DNA of 64,000 bases from Selaginella moellendorffii. Lineage: Eukaryota; Plantae; Lycopodiophyta. The notes beneath the pieces are model-generated. The model saw nothing but the letters and a program-made list of their open reading frames with translations, had not been told where the DNA came from and ran no database searches. The position numbers and the translations under genes were made by a program. Where the stretch lies: the NCBI RefSeq assembly GCF_000143415.4, contig NW_003314271.1:62001-126000 (forward strand). Direction: 5' to 3'. Shown here one piece after another: positions 11,199-24,561 of this stretch. Position 1 is the stretch's first letter. Every line of letters starts with the position of its first letter.

Positions 11199-13136
11199 TC
11201 AAATTCGCGAGAATAGTTCTTGGATGCTGCCTTTCTGGACGTCACCCGCGCATATCTGCGAGAAAGAGCCCCACTGTTCTAAGAGAATCCTCGTCTGATC
11301 AAGACATTTACCTCCACGATTTTCTCTGAGGATTCCGGGACCACGATCGCTTCCACGCAAACTTCAGCGACCTGATCCACGAGCCACAAGACCTTTTAGA
11401 TGCATGCTTTCCTGCTAGAGTTTCTTACCTTTGATCGACTGATACCACCTATGAAGAGCGAGTCGGCTGGCCTCATGACGAGAGCCTCATCCTGGAACAA
11501 AAAGAAACGTTATCTCTAAGAAACTTAGGAGAGAATAGCAACGCTTACAGCGGGTGCGTTCTCTCGTAGACCAGCAGGCCTTACGATAGTGTACTCAAGC
11601 CCTGAGCGTTGCAATGCAAGCTCTGCCTGCCTTTTCCTGAGGAAGGATAAAACGAGTGAGACAACATTCTTGCGAAGTTAAAGCTTGTTTCGCTTACCAC
11701 CACAGAATGGGGATTATCTGGAGGAATGACGAGACTCCTATCGACGTAACCAGTATAAACTGCGAGTTAAATGTCAGTCTGGATAGACAATACTTTGCTT
11801 GCTACCTTTTTCACTTGTCCTTGGTTCTTGGCTGCCGAGATAAGGTTCACAACTCCTTCATACTCGATCTGGAAAAAAATCACTCAGTGTCAAAGAGAAT
11901 GTGATTAACAACTTAAGAACCTGGTAAGTCTTCATAATATCCAGCGGGAAAAACTTCGTCCCAATGACACACACGACCGCATTACTGTAAAGCTTGCTTT
12001 AGACTGGAAGATGAGAAAGAGCCAAACGTACCTATCACCCAGTGCTTGCTTGAGAGTTTCGTATTTACAAATGTCGCCACGGACAGCCTGCTTGTCCAGA
12101 AAGAAGACACGTTACCAGACAACGCAGTGACACCAGCAGCACAAATTTCAACTTACAGTCACGTTGCCCTGCTCGTTGAATCGATTGGCCTTATCACGAC
12201 ACAATGCTCGCACTTTGGCACCTCCTTTCGAGAGCTTTTCCACCACGAGCCTGAGTTTAGAGAATCAAAACTTGGTTACAAAGGAAAAAACGAAAGAAAA
12301 AAGCAAGAACGGAAAAACGAACTCACGAACCTTCCAGTTCTTCCCGAGGCACCGGCCACGAAAACCTTGAGATCAGCAAACCGCCCTTGATCGTGCCGAG
12401 GTTGCTCCTTTGGTTCCGTGCCATCTTGATCGTGCCGGGGCTGCTCCTTTGATTTCTTGCCATCTTGATCGTGCCGGGGATGCTCCTTTGATTTTATGCC
12501 TTTAGACGAATCCACGGGAGTGCTGCCAGAAACTTCTTTCGAGACTGCCTCAGCCCCAGCTTCTACGTTCTCTTTCAAATCTCCTCCCAAAGAAGAGATG
12601 CCCTCGAGCCGGTCTCTCTCTTCTGAGTCTTCCTCTCCATCGTCAGCTTCGTTCTCCTCTCTCAAATCACCTGGCAAAGAAGAGACGGCCTCGGGCTCTT
12701 CCGACTCCTCAACTCCATCCTCGCCATCATCCGACGCAGCATCCTCGTCGGAGATTTCTTCATCCAGCGCATTATCGAGCAAAGATTTCTCTTGCCGATC
12801 TTCCTCAGCCCCGTCGGGAGTGGAGCTATCCAGGATGTGAGGCTGCCGGACGAGCTCTTCCTCCACCGGATCATACAGATTACGCTTATTCAGGAGCTTC
12901 ATATGCCCTGCACAGACCGATGCGATCAACAACAGCCAAGACGCAGGAACAAGAGAAGAAAATTTCCACTCACGAGCTCGCCGATGCTTCGTCCGCGCCA
13001 CAATCTTCTGCATATCGCGCTTGGATCCTCCCGACGCCGTCGAGCATCGCACCAATCCGCGAGCGCGCCTCGCCGGAGGAGCATCCGCATTGGACCGCCA
13101 TTGCCATGCGGCATCGAACCCCAACGTTAATTCCAT
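11199..13136 (-). CDS. NAD(P)-binding Rossmann-fold protein (TIC62/NmrA-like atypical SDR), probably plastid-targeted, with an acidic N-terminal extension
   Basis: KVFVAGASGRTG, FILVTSIG, KRQAELALQRSGLEYTIVRPAGL, ISRSK|VAEVCVEA...KIVE|ICAGDVQKGSIQELFSRI*. Multiple GT-AG introns. Confidence 0.85.
12385..12495 (-). repeat. Coding tandem repeat, about 3 x 39 bp (KE[H/Q]PRHDQDG units)
   Basis: KSKEHPRHDQDG-KKSKEQPRHDQDG-TEPKEQPRHDQG immediately before the Rossmann fold. Confidence 0.85.
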
Positions 13137-13430
13137 ACTCCCTTCTCTTTATTTTTAGGGTTTATGCCACTCGGTTGTTTTGTTCTTGCGCCAAGCGCGT
13201 TGCCGCCTTCCACATCGCCGATCGATCGGGAGGTGGTCGCATAGGCAGCATCTTCCTGAGCGCTGGTCGATCGATCGCGAGGTTTTAGGGTTCTTATTTA
13301 AATCTGCGGGTGGTCGGGGAGAGGCAATTTGGGTATTTTCGCGTGTTTTTTTGCTTTCGTTCGTGTGTGGATTCGTTCGAAGATAGGTGCCTCTTGTAGT
13401 AGCGCGGCAGTCGCCACACAGCGCTGCAAT

Positions 13431-14651
13431 ATGAGGAAGAGTTCGAGGCGCACTGGCGTGATGCCCGCTCCAGCGGCGATGGCTCCACCCGGTAAGCCAG
13501 TTCTTTCACGCGAAAGCCTTACTCTTTCCTTCTTTTTTTCTCCATAGTGAAGAAAAAGAAAAGGACTGACACGAGTTTGAATCCAGCAAAGTCGAGCTCC
13601 AAGGAATTCGATAAGTGTGACACCTTGTTCAGTCGCTATGCTGAGAAGAATGACAAGTGCTTGATCGGGTGAGTGAGAGCTGGAAATTGTTTGATCGGCT
13701 GGTCGTATTGACAAACGTTGTTGCGAAAAAAAAAAGTCCGGAAGGAATAGAGGCGCTGTGCCGGGACTTGCAGATCGAACCCACGGATATGCGTATTCTT
13801 CTCCTGGCTTGGTGAGTATTTCCGAAAGTTAAGAGCTTTGAGCGAATCTTTCGGTTATATGTTCCAGGAAATTCGGAGCTGACAAGCAGGGATTCTTCAC
13901 GCTGGTGAGTCTTGCTTTTGAAAGTTTTTTTCGCGCATTCAAGGATTGTTTGTTCTAGGAGGAGTGGCGAGCGGGCTTGAAGGCCTTGAAAGCGGATACA
14001 CTGGATAAGTTGAAGAAGGCACTCGCAAATCTCCAGCAACAGGTGCGTGAGTGTATGATTCAAGCATCTTTTCGCTTATATAAGTTATCTTGCTTTCCAG
14101 GTTGCGGATGACGAAGAAGAATTCAAGTCCTTGTACAGCTTCTCCTTTCAGTATTGCTTGACAGGTAATCGCAAATCATCCATCCATCGCTGTCGCTGTA
14201 GAGATTGATGAACCTCCTTTCTCTTCCAGAACCAAGGCAAAAGACGCTGGATCTCGATTCGGCGTGCCAAATGCTGGAGCTCATTCTCTCGGGACGACCG
14301 CATTTGGATTCCTTCACTCGTTTCCTCCAGGTACTTCGTTGCTCTTTCAGGTTTCTCCAGAGCTTTCGATTGATCTTCACGCATGGTTGGGATACTTTCT
14401 TCTCAGGAGCAAAAGGAATACAAGGGGATCAATCACGATCAGTGGATTGGATTTCTTCGCTTTTGTGACGAGGTATTCTAAAACTTTTTAAACGTTTTTT
14501 CGCGGGATCCCATCTTAACACTCGCTTTGGATCAATCACGCAGGTGAGCACTGATATGAGTAACTACGATGAGACGCAAGCGTGGCCTCTGCTCCTGGAC
14601 AACTACGTGGAGTGGTCAAAACAGGCCGGTGGCTCCAAAGAGCCCATGTAA
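13431..14651 (+). CDS. DCN1-like protein (defective in cullin neddylation, PONY domain)
   Basis: Exons give [72 protein letters not shown]. Confidence 0.9.
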
Positions 14652-15031
14652 GAGAGAGGTGGCATATGCGATTGAAAATTCTTTTTTGCCCTCCCGCGTG
14701 GCATGGTGCGCTGGCACTGCTAGACAAGTGTTAGCCAGTGTAGGCCCAGTATTCGAATGACGTGTCTCGTGACGTGGTGCATTGTTTCTACAATTTGGGG
14801 GAAGACGATGGATCTGTAGATCTTTCTCCTCGCTCGCGCTGTAGCAACGACGAAAGGAGCCTCAATCGGTGGTGCGCGTTGCTTTTCGCTGAGTGGCCGT
14901 GCTGCGATTGCGGTCTTAGGTCTAGGATTTGTGGCTGTAGGTCGGGATTTCTAGGGGAGCTCCGCTCCACAACAGGGAGGAAGAGGATTTTCGCTGCTAA
15001 TGCTGCTCGATCGATCGAGGCAGCTCACGAG

Positions 15032-16775
15032 ATGGTGAAAGATACGGAGTATTACGACGTTCTAGGATTGACGCCGGATGCGAGCGCGGCCGATGTAAAG
15101 AAGGCGTATTATGTTAAGGTAATTGTCTCGTCTCGCTTGGCAAGCTCTCGATCGAGAGTGATCTTTTCTCTTCCGGCCAGGCTAAGAAGGTACACCCAGA
15201 CAAGAATCCCAATGATCCACAGGCCGCAAGGAATTTTCAAGTAAGTGAGCTAGCTCCTTTCCAGTCTTCCAAGCGATTCTTACAAGCGATTCCATAAACT
15301 CTCTAGCTTCTCGGGGAGGCGTATCAAACGCTGAGCGATCCTGCGAAAAAAGAAGCCTATGACAAATTCGGCAAAGCTGGAGTGTCAACGTAAGTGTCTT
15401 TGCTACGAAGGTTCCATGTGTTCTTATCGAGGCTTTTTTGTTCTTGTGATGTTTCTTTCTTTGCAGAGACCAAATGCTCGACCCCGCTGCGGTGTTTGGC
15501 ATGCTCTTTGGAAGTGAGATGTTTGAAGATTACGTTGGGCAGCTTGCAATGGCATCTATGGCGTCCATAGATACTTCAAGTGGTGATAACCAAGCCATGG
15601 ATCTGAGGCAAGTACAAGAGAAGCTCAAGGTGAGTAGCTAGCGCTTTTGTTTTCTGTCTAGTTGCTTGCTCTTTAGTTTTCCGTCCGTTAACTCGGCCTT
15701 GTCTTTGCTCTTCACAGGTTTTGCAACAAGAGAGGGAAGATAAGCTTACCAAGTGCTTAATCGCTCGTCTACAGCGTTATGTTGACGGCGACAAAGACGG
15801 GTTCAGTGAATGGGCGAAAAGCGAGGCTCAGCATCTTTCGAATGCGGGTATTATATAATCTTGGTGCTGAGCTTTGATCCGTGTTTTTTAACCCGGAAGT
15901 GCTTTCTATAATTTTGCGCTGTAGCTTTTGGAGAGCCGATGCTGCACACGATTGGGTACATATATGCTCGACAGGCTGCAAAGGAGCTTGGTAAAAAAAT
16001 GTTGTTCATGGGAGTTCCTTTCTTGGCGGAATGGGTTCGTGACAAGGGACACTTTATCAAGTCACAAGTGACCGCCGCGGCTGGTTTGTAGAGTTTTACT
16101 CAGCTCCGCTTTTCCCATTATTCTAACAAGCAACTGTTGTCTCAGGTGCGATCGCCTTGATGCAAATGCAAGAGGATATGAAGAGGGAGCTCGCTGCAGG
16201 GGGTGATATGAGCGAAAGTGCCATCGAAAAGTATCTTGAATCCAAGCAACAAGTGATGATCGACTCTCTGTGGAAGCTCAACGTCGCGGACATCGAGGTC
16301 ACTTTATCACATATCTGCCAGAACGTAAGCAAGAGATGTCACAACACTCTGATCACACAAATGTGATATACTGTCCAGGTTTTGCACGATGCTTCCGCTG
16401 GAAGAGAAGTTCAGAGGCAGCGCGCAAAGGCTCTGAAAAAGCTGGGGAATATTTTCCAGGTTTGTTTGCATTCTCCATTCTCTTATCCTTTGTTCCGACA
16501 GGGCTTACAGGGAGCCAAAGTTCCGTATAGAAGAGAGAAAAGCCTTCGTCACGACGCGAAGCTGGGTCAAGACAGCTCGAGCTCCACACCGACGCCTCAA
16601 CCGAGTAATTCATCTCACACCTTCCAGGTTTTTATCACTTAAGTTGTTTCCAAGCTCAAATCTTCCATGAACTTTTCTTTTGTTTGATTTGTTCTTCCAG
16701 AACCCAGCGGATGGTGGTTTTGCTAATCAGCCCACGTCAATGCCATCTCCAGCTGCTCCTCCGGGCATGGCATGA
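15032..16775 (+). CDS. DnaJ chaperone (J domain plus DnaJ-X, ATJ10-like)
   Basis: [66 protein letters not shown]. Confidence 0.9.
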
Positions 16776-17014
16776 AAAAAATGGGAGAGATTGTGAAGAA
16801 AAGATCCATACTCCATTCTTTCATTGCGTGTATTGTGTGTCTATGTGATCTGACGGGTATAATTGAGACACGTGGCTAGTGGGCATTTGAATGATTCTAG
16901 GACCAGAGACAGCAAGGAAAGCGTACTCTCCCGTAGAGTTTCTTGGCATTTGGAAGGCGTGATTAGGGCTTGTGGGAGCTCCGCTAGGGCTCTTCGATCC
17001 CGATCCTCGCCGCA

Positions 17015-18631
17015 ATGTCGGACGCAATGGTAAATGGATTGGCAGGCGCTGGAGGCGGCCTCGTCGCGCAGCTCCTCACTTACCCGCTCCAGACGGTATT
17101 GTTAGCTTCGATCGATCGAACCGAGCGTGATTCTGTGATGCATTCTCAGGTAAATACTAGACAGCAGACGGAGAGGAGATCAAAGAAGGCCGCGTCTTCC
17201 TCCTCGTTGGATGATTCGCAAGCGACAATTCGGAAGAGTGGCACAATTTTGGAGATCTACAGGGTATGTTTTGGATCTTGGAGCGTTGACGCAATTCTTT
17301 TCATAGGTGATAGCGGAGGAAGGATGGGGTGGATTATATAGAGGTTTGACACCCTCACTTTTGGGAACAGTAGCGTCTCAGGTTTGTATGCGTGGTCTAA
17401 AGTCGTGATGAACTTATTGTTTGGTTTGTGCAGAGTGTGTACTACTATTTCTATCAGCTGTTTAGAAATGCGGCCGAGTCTAATGCTAGACGGAGGAGAA
17501 AGAATGGCATTGGAGATGGTACTGTTGGTATGTCCGACTCACTACTTGTAGCAGCATTGGCAGGGTAATTGGTCTTGATGCTTGTCTCTGACTTTGGAGT
17601 TCCTTTTTCCCTATTGCAGAAGCTTGAACGTGCTCCTGACGAATCCTATCTGGGTCGTGGTGACTAGAATGCAGGCATGTTGTGCTAGCTCGTTTTCGTT
17701 GCTTCATATTACCGATGTTTCAGACACAAACGCAAGCGGAAATGAAATCAAGCGCTCTTCAAAGTGAGATTGAGAAACCTCCTGCATCTCGTGAAGCATT
17801 GCCAGCGGATGTTGAAAGTCAAGCAAAACACATAAATATTGTCTCTCCTGCCACCAATCATGGTGCCGCCTACACTGTAAGTTAATGTTTACTTTTTTTT
17901 ATGTTAGTCTTGATGATGATTGCTTGTTAGGTTCAAGACCTCTACCGCGAAGCCGGTTTAATAGGCTTTTGGAAAGGAGTTCTTCCCACTCTTATAATGG
18001 TAACCACCAAACTTTGCATCCGAAACTCTCACGTTCATGTATCGAACAGGTTAGCAATCCCGCTATTCAATTTATGATTTATGAGACCCTATTAAAGGAA
18101 CTCACCAAAAAGAGAAAGATAAACAAGCATGGGATGAAAGATGTTTCCCCTTTAGAGGTAAATGCGATTGCTTCCAACATTCCTCGGTTGACAGTTAACT
18201 GCCAGATTTTTGTGATTGGTTCTATTGGCAAGCTCGGTGCCACAATTGCCACATACCCGCTGCTCGTAGTAAAGGTACTGAAGTTGATGTTATGGTTGTC
18301 CCTTTCACTAAAAGATGTCCTTGGGTTACCAGTCGCGCCTCCAAGCGAAGCAAGCAATCGGTAGGGATAAATCAACGCAGTACACAGGTTCAGTATCGAT
18401 ATTGTTTCGTGTCGTTGAGTTGACGTATGTGACCTTTGAACAACAGGAACTTTAGATGCAATCTTCAAGATGATCAGGTACGAAGGTTTGACCGGGTTCT
18501 ACAAGGGGATGAGTACAAAGATCGTACAGAGCGTGGCAGCTGCGGCCTTGCTCCTTATGATTAAGGAAGAGCTGGTCAAGGTGGCTAGAAAGCTATTACT
18601 GAGGCGGCAAAAGAAACTTGCATCTCGTTAG
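17015..18631 (+). CDS. PXN: Peroxisomal NAD carrier (mitochondrial carrier family)
   Basis: MSDAMVNGLAGAGGGLVAQLLTYPLQTVNTRQQ, NVLLTNPIWVVVTRMQ, VSNPAIQFMIYE, TYPLLVVK, GFYKGMSTKIVQSV. Confidence 0.9.
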
Positions 18632-19499
18632 CTGCTAAGAGGTAAACGCTTCTTCTTTGTGCTGATGTAAGGTAACCTTCGATTTGTTTTTCCAGGCGAT
18701 TTGAAATAATTTCTGACTTGACTTCCCAAGGCGTGAAGGATGTTCCATTCTTGGCTCGTTTGAAAGCTGCCACCCGAAAGATTTAAAGATATGGATCGGT
18801 TGGAATCCACACGGGTGTGGCCAAGCACTTTGTATTGGTAGTCACAAGGGGCCACTCTTTCCTTTGTCGCATTACAAGCCGGAGCAGAGCTGGAGAACAT
18901 GCAGGTGGATTGGACTAGGATCAGAGATCAAGAGAGAGGGTCCGGGATCTTCTTTCCAGCAAGTTGGAGCAGTCGTGAATTGCGTGGATGCTTGGTGGAA
19001 AGAGCTGTCACCAGGTTGCTGGGGCTTGTCAGGGACAAAGTCTTTGGCAAACACACTCTACTAGTATGAAGACCGATTGTCTTGTCAGTACTCTCTCTCG
19101 AATTGAGACTCCGCATCAATGCGGAGAGATGTTGATCAAATGATCCTGCGCTAAGCCGACCGTCGCTCGCAGCAAACACCCGAGCTTATTAACCTTGACC
19201 TCTGACAGTGACTTTGTGGCTGCAGCAGCAAATAGATTGGTGGGACGTTCCCATTCAGCACAACGAGTAAACAAAGAACGAGAGGTATGAGTTGTGCTGC
19301 TTTGGTGCGAGCTGAATATTATACTAACACCTTGGACGTTTGACTGTGTATCCAGAAGGAGCCAAATTGGCGTGTTTACAAAAGCTCGAGCATCTGCGGT
19401 CCCACTCGTTAAGTAGCTACCCTCGTGGAGGAGAGAAAAAAAGAAAGAGGAGAAAAACTGCAAGAGGAAGAAGAAAAGGTTTGCTATTTTATGCTACAG

Positions 19500-21230
19500 T
19501 TCTCATGTTCTTGCTTGTATAGCCGCACATTTGGGACTACGAGCAGCCCGAATGAGACTCGCAACAGCGAGCTCTCAACTACCAGCGTAGCTTCCTATAT
19601 GATTGTGGCTCGAAAGATGGTACTCGTTCTTTTGATTTACCGGCCACTGCTCCTTAGAATTTCTCTCGGCTTTACAACAAAACTTTTAGCGTGTGCAGTG
19701 GTGCTAGATCTACCGCAGCCTGGCACTCTGCAATCAAGGATCGTGCTGTCGGTACGCTTTGACTTCCTGTAGCCGCAGCCGACGTCCTCGCGTTGGCTAC
19801 GGCTTGCTTTGTTTCCTTGCTTTTTCGCGTCCTCTGTATGATGCTAATCAACTCTTTCTTCTGTAGGATAAAGCAGGAACAAGCACAGAGGCCGTGTGCA
19901 TATACCGGCAAACAGATTACGAAAGAAGTGATTATATGTGCACCGGAGAGGGAGGTAGGTGCATGTAAACATCAATCATACGCCTTCTGGAGTTGAGATT
20001 CCCAGAAGAAAATAAAACTCGAATAGACAGGCTCTCTCCGTGCGACACAATGCTCTGCAATTAATGGGGGAATGGAAAATCCCTCTAGAATGGTGAGCCG
20101 TCTCCGTGGTTGCTTTTGTTTTTACTGGATTGTCTCTCGTTTTTTTTTCTTACAGGGTGGAGAAAAGTGGACTTGGAGCCTTGAGGTACAACTGTCCGAT
20201 GGTTCCCGGAGGAACTACAAAAGCTGGTAACTTCACACCGACAAAACTGTTTCCGGATCTATCTCCCGGTGAAAATGTGGCGACCTCGGTGTGCACAGGA
20301 TACCAGGGGTGCTGTCGGACACCACGGCGTGAGATATTCCATTGCTGTTAGATCTTCTAATCCAGGTTCGCCAGTATCTTAGCTTAGCTCACTCTTATTT
20401 CCTTGCTTGCACAAGATATTGACTTAGTGGAAGGTTTATCGCCTTGCGCACAACCTAACGACCGTGCTCTCGTTTTTAAAACATTTGCTCCAGGGAACAC
20501 GAAGAAATACACATGGCCTTATATTCGACTTTGGCTTGGCTCGCCGTGCTACGTGATTTTCCGCAAACTGGCCAAAGAGCTACTAATATCAACCAACTAA
20601 TCTCACCGTCATTTGACGTCAGGCTACATTGCTGCCGAGCTCATGGTGATGAAGGCAAGCCATATTTTCTGTTCTCTTGTTTTGGTTTCTCTTTTCTTTC
20701 GCTCGGTTCTTTTTTTCCCTCATGCTTTGTTCTCTTCCTCGCGCAGGGTGTGTTGCAACTTGGACAGCGATGGCGGTTTCCTGATTGATTTAAACGGGGG
20801 CCGTGTCTCATTCCCAGCCCGTTTTGTTTGCGTGAAGCTTCTTCTCAAAGCGCGTAAGGTTCGTTCTACTGTGCTTGCTTAGAATCGATTTTTCTAACCA
20901 TGGAGATTCTTAAACGTTTCCAAGGATTTCCAAGCTTCGTTTTTTATTTCCAGGAACGAAAGAGCGGTTGTTGGCCAGCGGCGTGGGTGTTCTAAACACC
21001 ACGCAAAACGCGAATTCTTGCGGGTGAGCTCATCGTTTTTCCCTTTTTCCCTTACGATATCCGGGTCTACTGGTAGACATAGATTTGGTTTGTCATATTA
21101 CATGAGCTCATCATTGTTACAGGTTAGTTTATGTGTCGTTACAGGCCTTCATTTAAACAGCAGAGAAATTTGGCCGCGTTTGTGATGCAAGCAAAGCAAG
21201 CCAACAAGCAAGCCTCCACCATCGCCGGGT
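19500..21230 (+). other. Unidentified spliced-gene-like region (orphan gene or pseudogene)
   Basis: Series of short exon-like blocks bounded by T-rich...AG acceptors and GT(A/G)AG donors (e.g. near 19867, 20156, 20747, 20954, 21144). No recognisable protein. Confidence 0.3.
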
Positions 21231-22321
21231 AAAAACATTTCTTTTTCCGCTAATCACAGACTCCAGTTTTTAACCGAGGGGAGGAAGAATGTCGACAAGG
21301 ATGGAGTGTCCTTGAAAGTGAAGGGAATCGAACCCTGTCAACCCGGAAAATTAATCCCGCGGCCGTGGGGCCGCCGGGGTTTTGTCGGAGATGCAACGAC
21401 ATGGGACCCGAAATCATATCGGACGCTGATGCCCGAGCCACTGAGACGCGCACACGTGGCAGTCCACAGTGGCCGCAGTTAATGCTTGGGTCCCGCCACG
21501 TGCGCGCTAGATGCTGGGTTCCAGAAGGCTGACGTGGCCAAACGGTTTTTTTGCCCTGGAGGTCCCAGGCTCGAATCGCAAGCGCGTCGGAAGGGATCTC
21601 GCCAAAGTTTAAAATAATCGCAACTCGCAACGTTTCGCTTGTTGACAAGAATTTTTTTTATAATCTTGTCAATGCAACTTGATCGTATTTTTTGTGGAGA
21701 CCGGATAATGTCGGTGAAGACCCAATCTACAGCGTCCGATCCTTCTTATATTTGTTGTCGTCCGTCCGTTCCGTCCGTCCTTGTGTATGTTTGATACGCT
21801 TGGACCATCTACACGCTGTTTCAAGAAGACACGGGATGACCGCTTCTACAAGCACACAAGAATTGTATATCGTACATGAGAATGCGACCGTCAACTTTAT
21901 GAAAAAGCTCGCGGGAGAAAAAGAAACAAGAAAATTTGATGCGAGATGGAAAAACTACCCTCTGGTCGTTTGCTTGAACTGCAAAGTCACGTCTTATCGA
22001 GCTTTATATTCCTTGGAGACATATCAATGGGGGCCATACCACCTTTCCAAAGTCCGTAAGTCTGTTAAACAAAGGTTTGCTACGCACAAATTATATTGAT
22101 ATTAGTTACACCTTACCAACCACGAATCAGGGAGCCCTAATCAGAGAGGATATTCGGTGATCCATGGCAAGAATATGTGATGATTGATGTGGTGGTGGTA
22201 GCAACCTAGTATTGCGCGCGTTTAAAATCTCCGGGGGTGGGAACAAGGGTTTCTCTGCAGCTCAAGTGTCACAATTCCATCCGGTCTCTGTCACATCCCT
22301 CTCGCTTTCGATCGATCGCTC

Positions 22322-22357
22322 CTCTCTCTCTCTCTCTCTCTCTCCCTCTCCCCTCTC
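22322..22357. repeat. (CT)n microsatellite / GAGA element upstream of MYB #1
   Basis: CTCTCTCT tract. Possible BBR/BPC site (inference). Confidence 0.7.
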
Positions 22358-22539
22358 GATCAATCAATCGATCGAGGCATTCATCCGCTCGCTCTCTCGC
22401 GCTCGCGCTCGCGCGCACTTTCAAAAGAAATACACCATACAATGCGATTGATCGATCGATCCAGCAAAGCGGCCGGGGATGATCCATCGTTCGTGCTCGT
22501 TTTTCCCGCATTAGGTTAATTTGGGGGGAAAAGAGTAGC

Positions 22540-24561
22540 ATGGGGAGGCATTCGTGCTGCCAGAAGCAAAAGCTCAAGAAAGGGCTATGGTCGCCAGAGG
22601 AGGACGAGAAGCTGGTGCGCTACATCACCAAGTATGGCCACAGCTGCTGGAGCACGGTGCCGGAGCAAGCCGGTCAGTAGCAATCGATCGCTCGAATGTG
22701 AGCCGCAAGATCACTCATCCATGGCGCTCGAATTATTTGCAGGATTGCAGCGATGCGGCAAGAGCTGCCGGCTCCGGTGGATCAATTACCTCCGCCCGGA
22801 CCTCAAGCGTGGGAATTTCACGTCGCACGAGGAGAAGCTCATCATCGATCTCCACGCGGCGCTTGGCAACCGGTAAAGAGAGATTCTTCGTTTGGTTTTC
22901 GTTGTGAGAATTCCTCTCATTTGATCGGGGATTCTTGTTCCAGATGGTCGCAGATCGCGGCGAGGCTGCCCGGGCGCACGGACAACGAGATCAAGAATTT
23001 CTGGAATTCTTGCATCAAGAAGAAGCTCAAGCAAATGGGGATTGATCCCAACACCCACAAGCCTCTGCTCGTGGCCACCTCCGCCGCTGCCGCCGCCGCC
23101 GCCGCCACTAGCCCCAGCGGCGCCGCCGCCGCCACCGCCACCACCACCCCGGACGCCAAATCACCCATCATCGAGCAGCAATTCCTGGACAAATCCAGCG
23201 CCAGCGCCGCCATGGTGATCACGCGACAACCCCCCAAACTGTTCGCCTGCCCCGAGGAGGACGACGATGGCGACGACGACACCATGGGTGGAGAGGACGC
23301 CGCCATGAATTTCAAGAATGCCGGTCGATCGGACCAGCACGACCCCCGGAAGTTCTCGTTTCTCGCGAGAACCAAGCCACCCCAGTTCTTCAGCTGCGGC
23401 AGCGATCGCGACGAGGACAACAACGCCATGACACCGCTCACACCGCCATCGTCTTCTTCGAATTCTTCCAGCTATGGATCACAGCAGCTCTATCGTCCAG
23501 CATTTGGGTTCTTCCCCCAGCAGCAGCAGCAGCAAGATCATCCTGGTTTCCTGCCACCAGCGATCAACAACTGGAACCAGCATTGGATCACGCAGCACGT
23601 CCCGCCCATGGCCGCGCCATTCTTCCACCCCGATCACGCCCACCATCCAATGCAGCAGCCGGCGCAAGCTTTCGGTGCCGGTACTAGTGCCTCCCTTTTC
23701 AATTCACCCAGCACGCTCAACAATGTGGCTCCAGTTCACGTTGGATCCTTGGTGTGGTATTTGCAGCAGCAGCAGCAACCGAGCATGATCGAGCAAAATC
23801 ACCACCACCACCACCACCACCAGCGGAGTTCTTCTGGTAGCCGAGCGGAAGAGCCCAGCTTTGGACACCAGGAGATCAAAGGCGACGTAGACGACGACTT
23901 TAGCGCCAAATACTGCGAGAATTTCCTCAAATTCGGTGACTTTGGCACTGGCGGGGATCCGGAGCGAGAATTCAGCAGCAGCCCCAGCGGCGGCGGCGAC
24001 GATGGCGAGCAAGGCTCGCCCGGCTGCTGCTCCAACGATCACGCCGCGTCGAGCTTGATGATCAAGCCACCGGTGGTGACGTCGAGGTGCTCCATCCCGG
24101 ACGATGGTGGTGGCAAGGAATCGCCGTCCATGGACACCAGCTGTAGCAATGCAAGTGGCGGGGACGGGGGATTCCAGTTCTGGGACACATGCACGACCAC
24201 GAGTAACAGTAGCGGCGGCGGCGGTGGCGGTGGTGGTGGTGGCGACGCCAAATTCAGCCTCCCGTTCCTCCGCGCCGCCTCCTCCGCCAATTCCTCCGAC
24301 GACGCCGCCTCCGACAGCTTCTCCAACTCGTCCATCCGGTGGAGCGAGCTCCTCCCCAGCCCCGCCATCGCGCCGCCGGTCTGCCATGGTGGCGCCGCCA
24401 TGGCAAAGCCGCGACAGCACAGCGATCAGTTTGGAGATTCATCGCCCTCCACGATTATGATCAAGTCGAGTGGTACGTCATGGTACGATCGTCGGGAGGA
24501 GGAGGAGGAGTTCTCGCCGGAGCTCCAGCGGATTGCGGCAGCTTTGGATCAAATCATTTAA
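22540..24561 (+). CDS. R2R3-MYB transcription factor, subgroup 13-like (MYB50/55/61/86), 3 exons
   Basis: [77 protein letters not shown]. Long low-complexity C-terminus ending [12 protein letters not shown]. Confidence 0.95.

Noticed and set aside
21642-21672. 9-bp hairpin TTGACAAGA...TCTTGTCAA
   Set aside because: Too short to assign a function.
22917-24460. Long antisense and alternative-frame ORFs over MYB #1 (likewise over BES1-like, LHP1, COI1-like and the PPR)
   Set aside because: Shadow ORFs of GC-rich coding sequence with no independent motifs.
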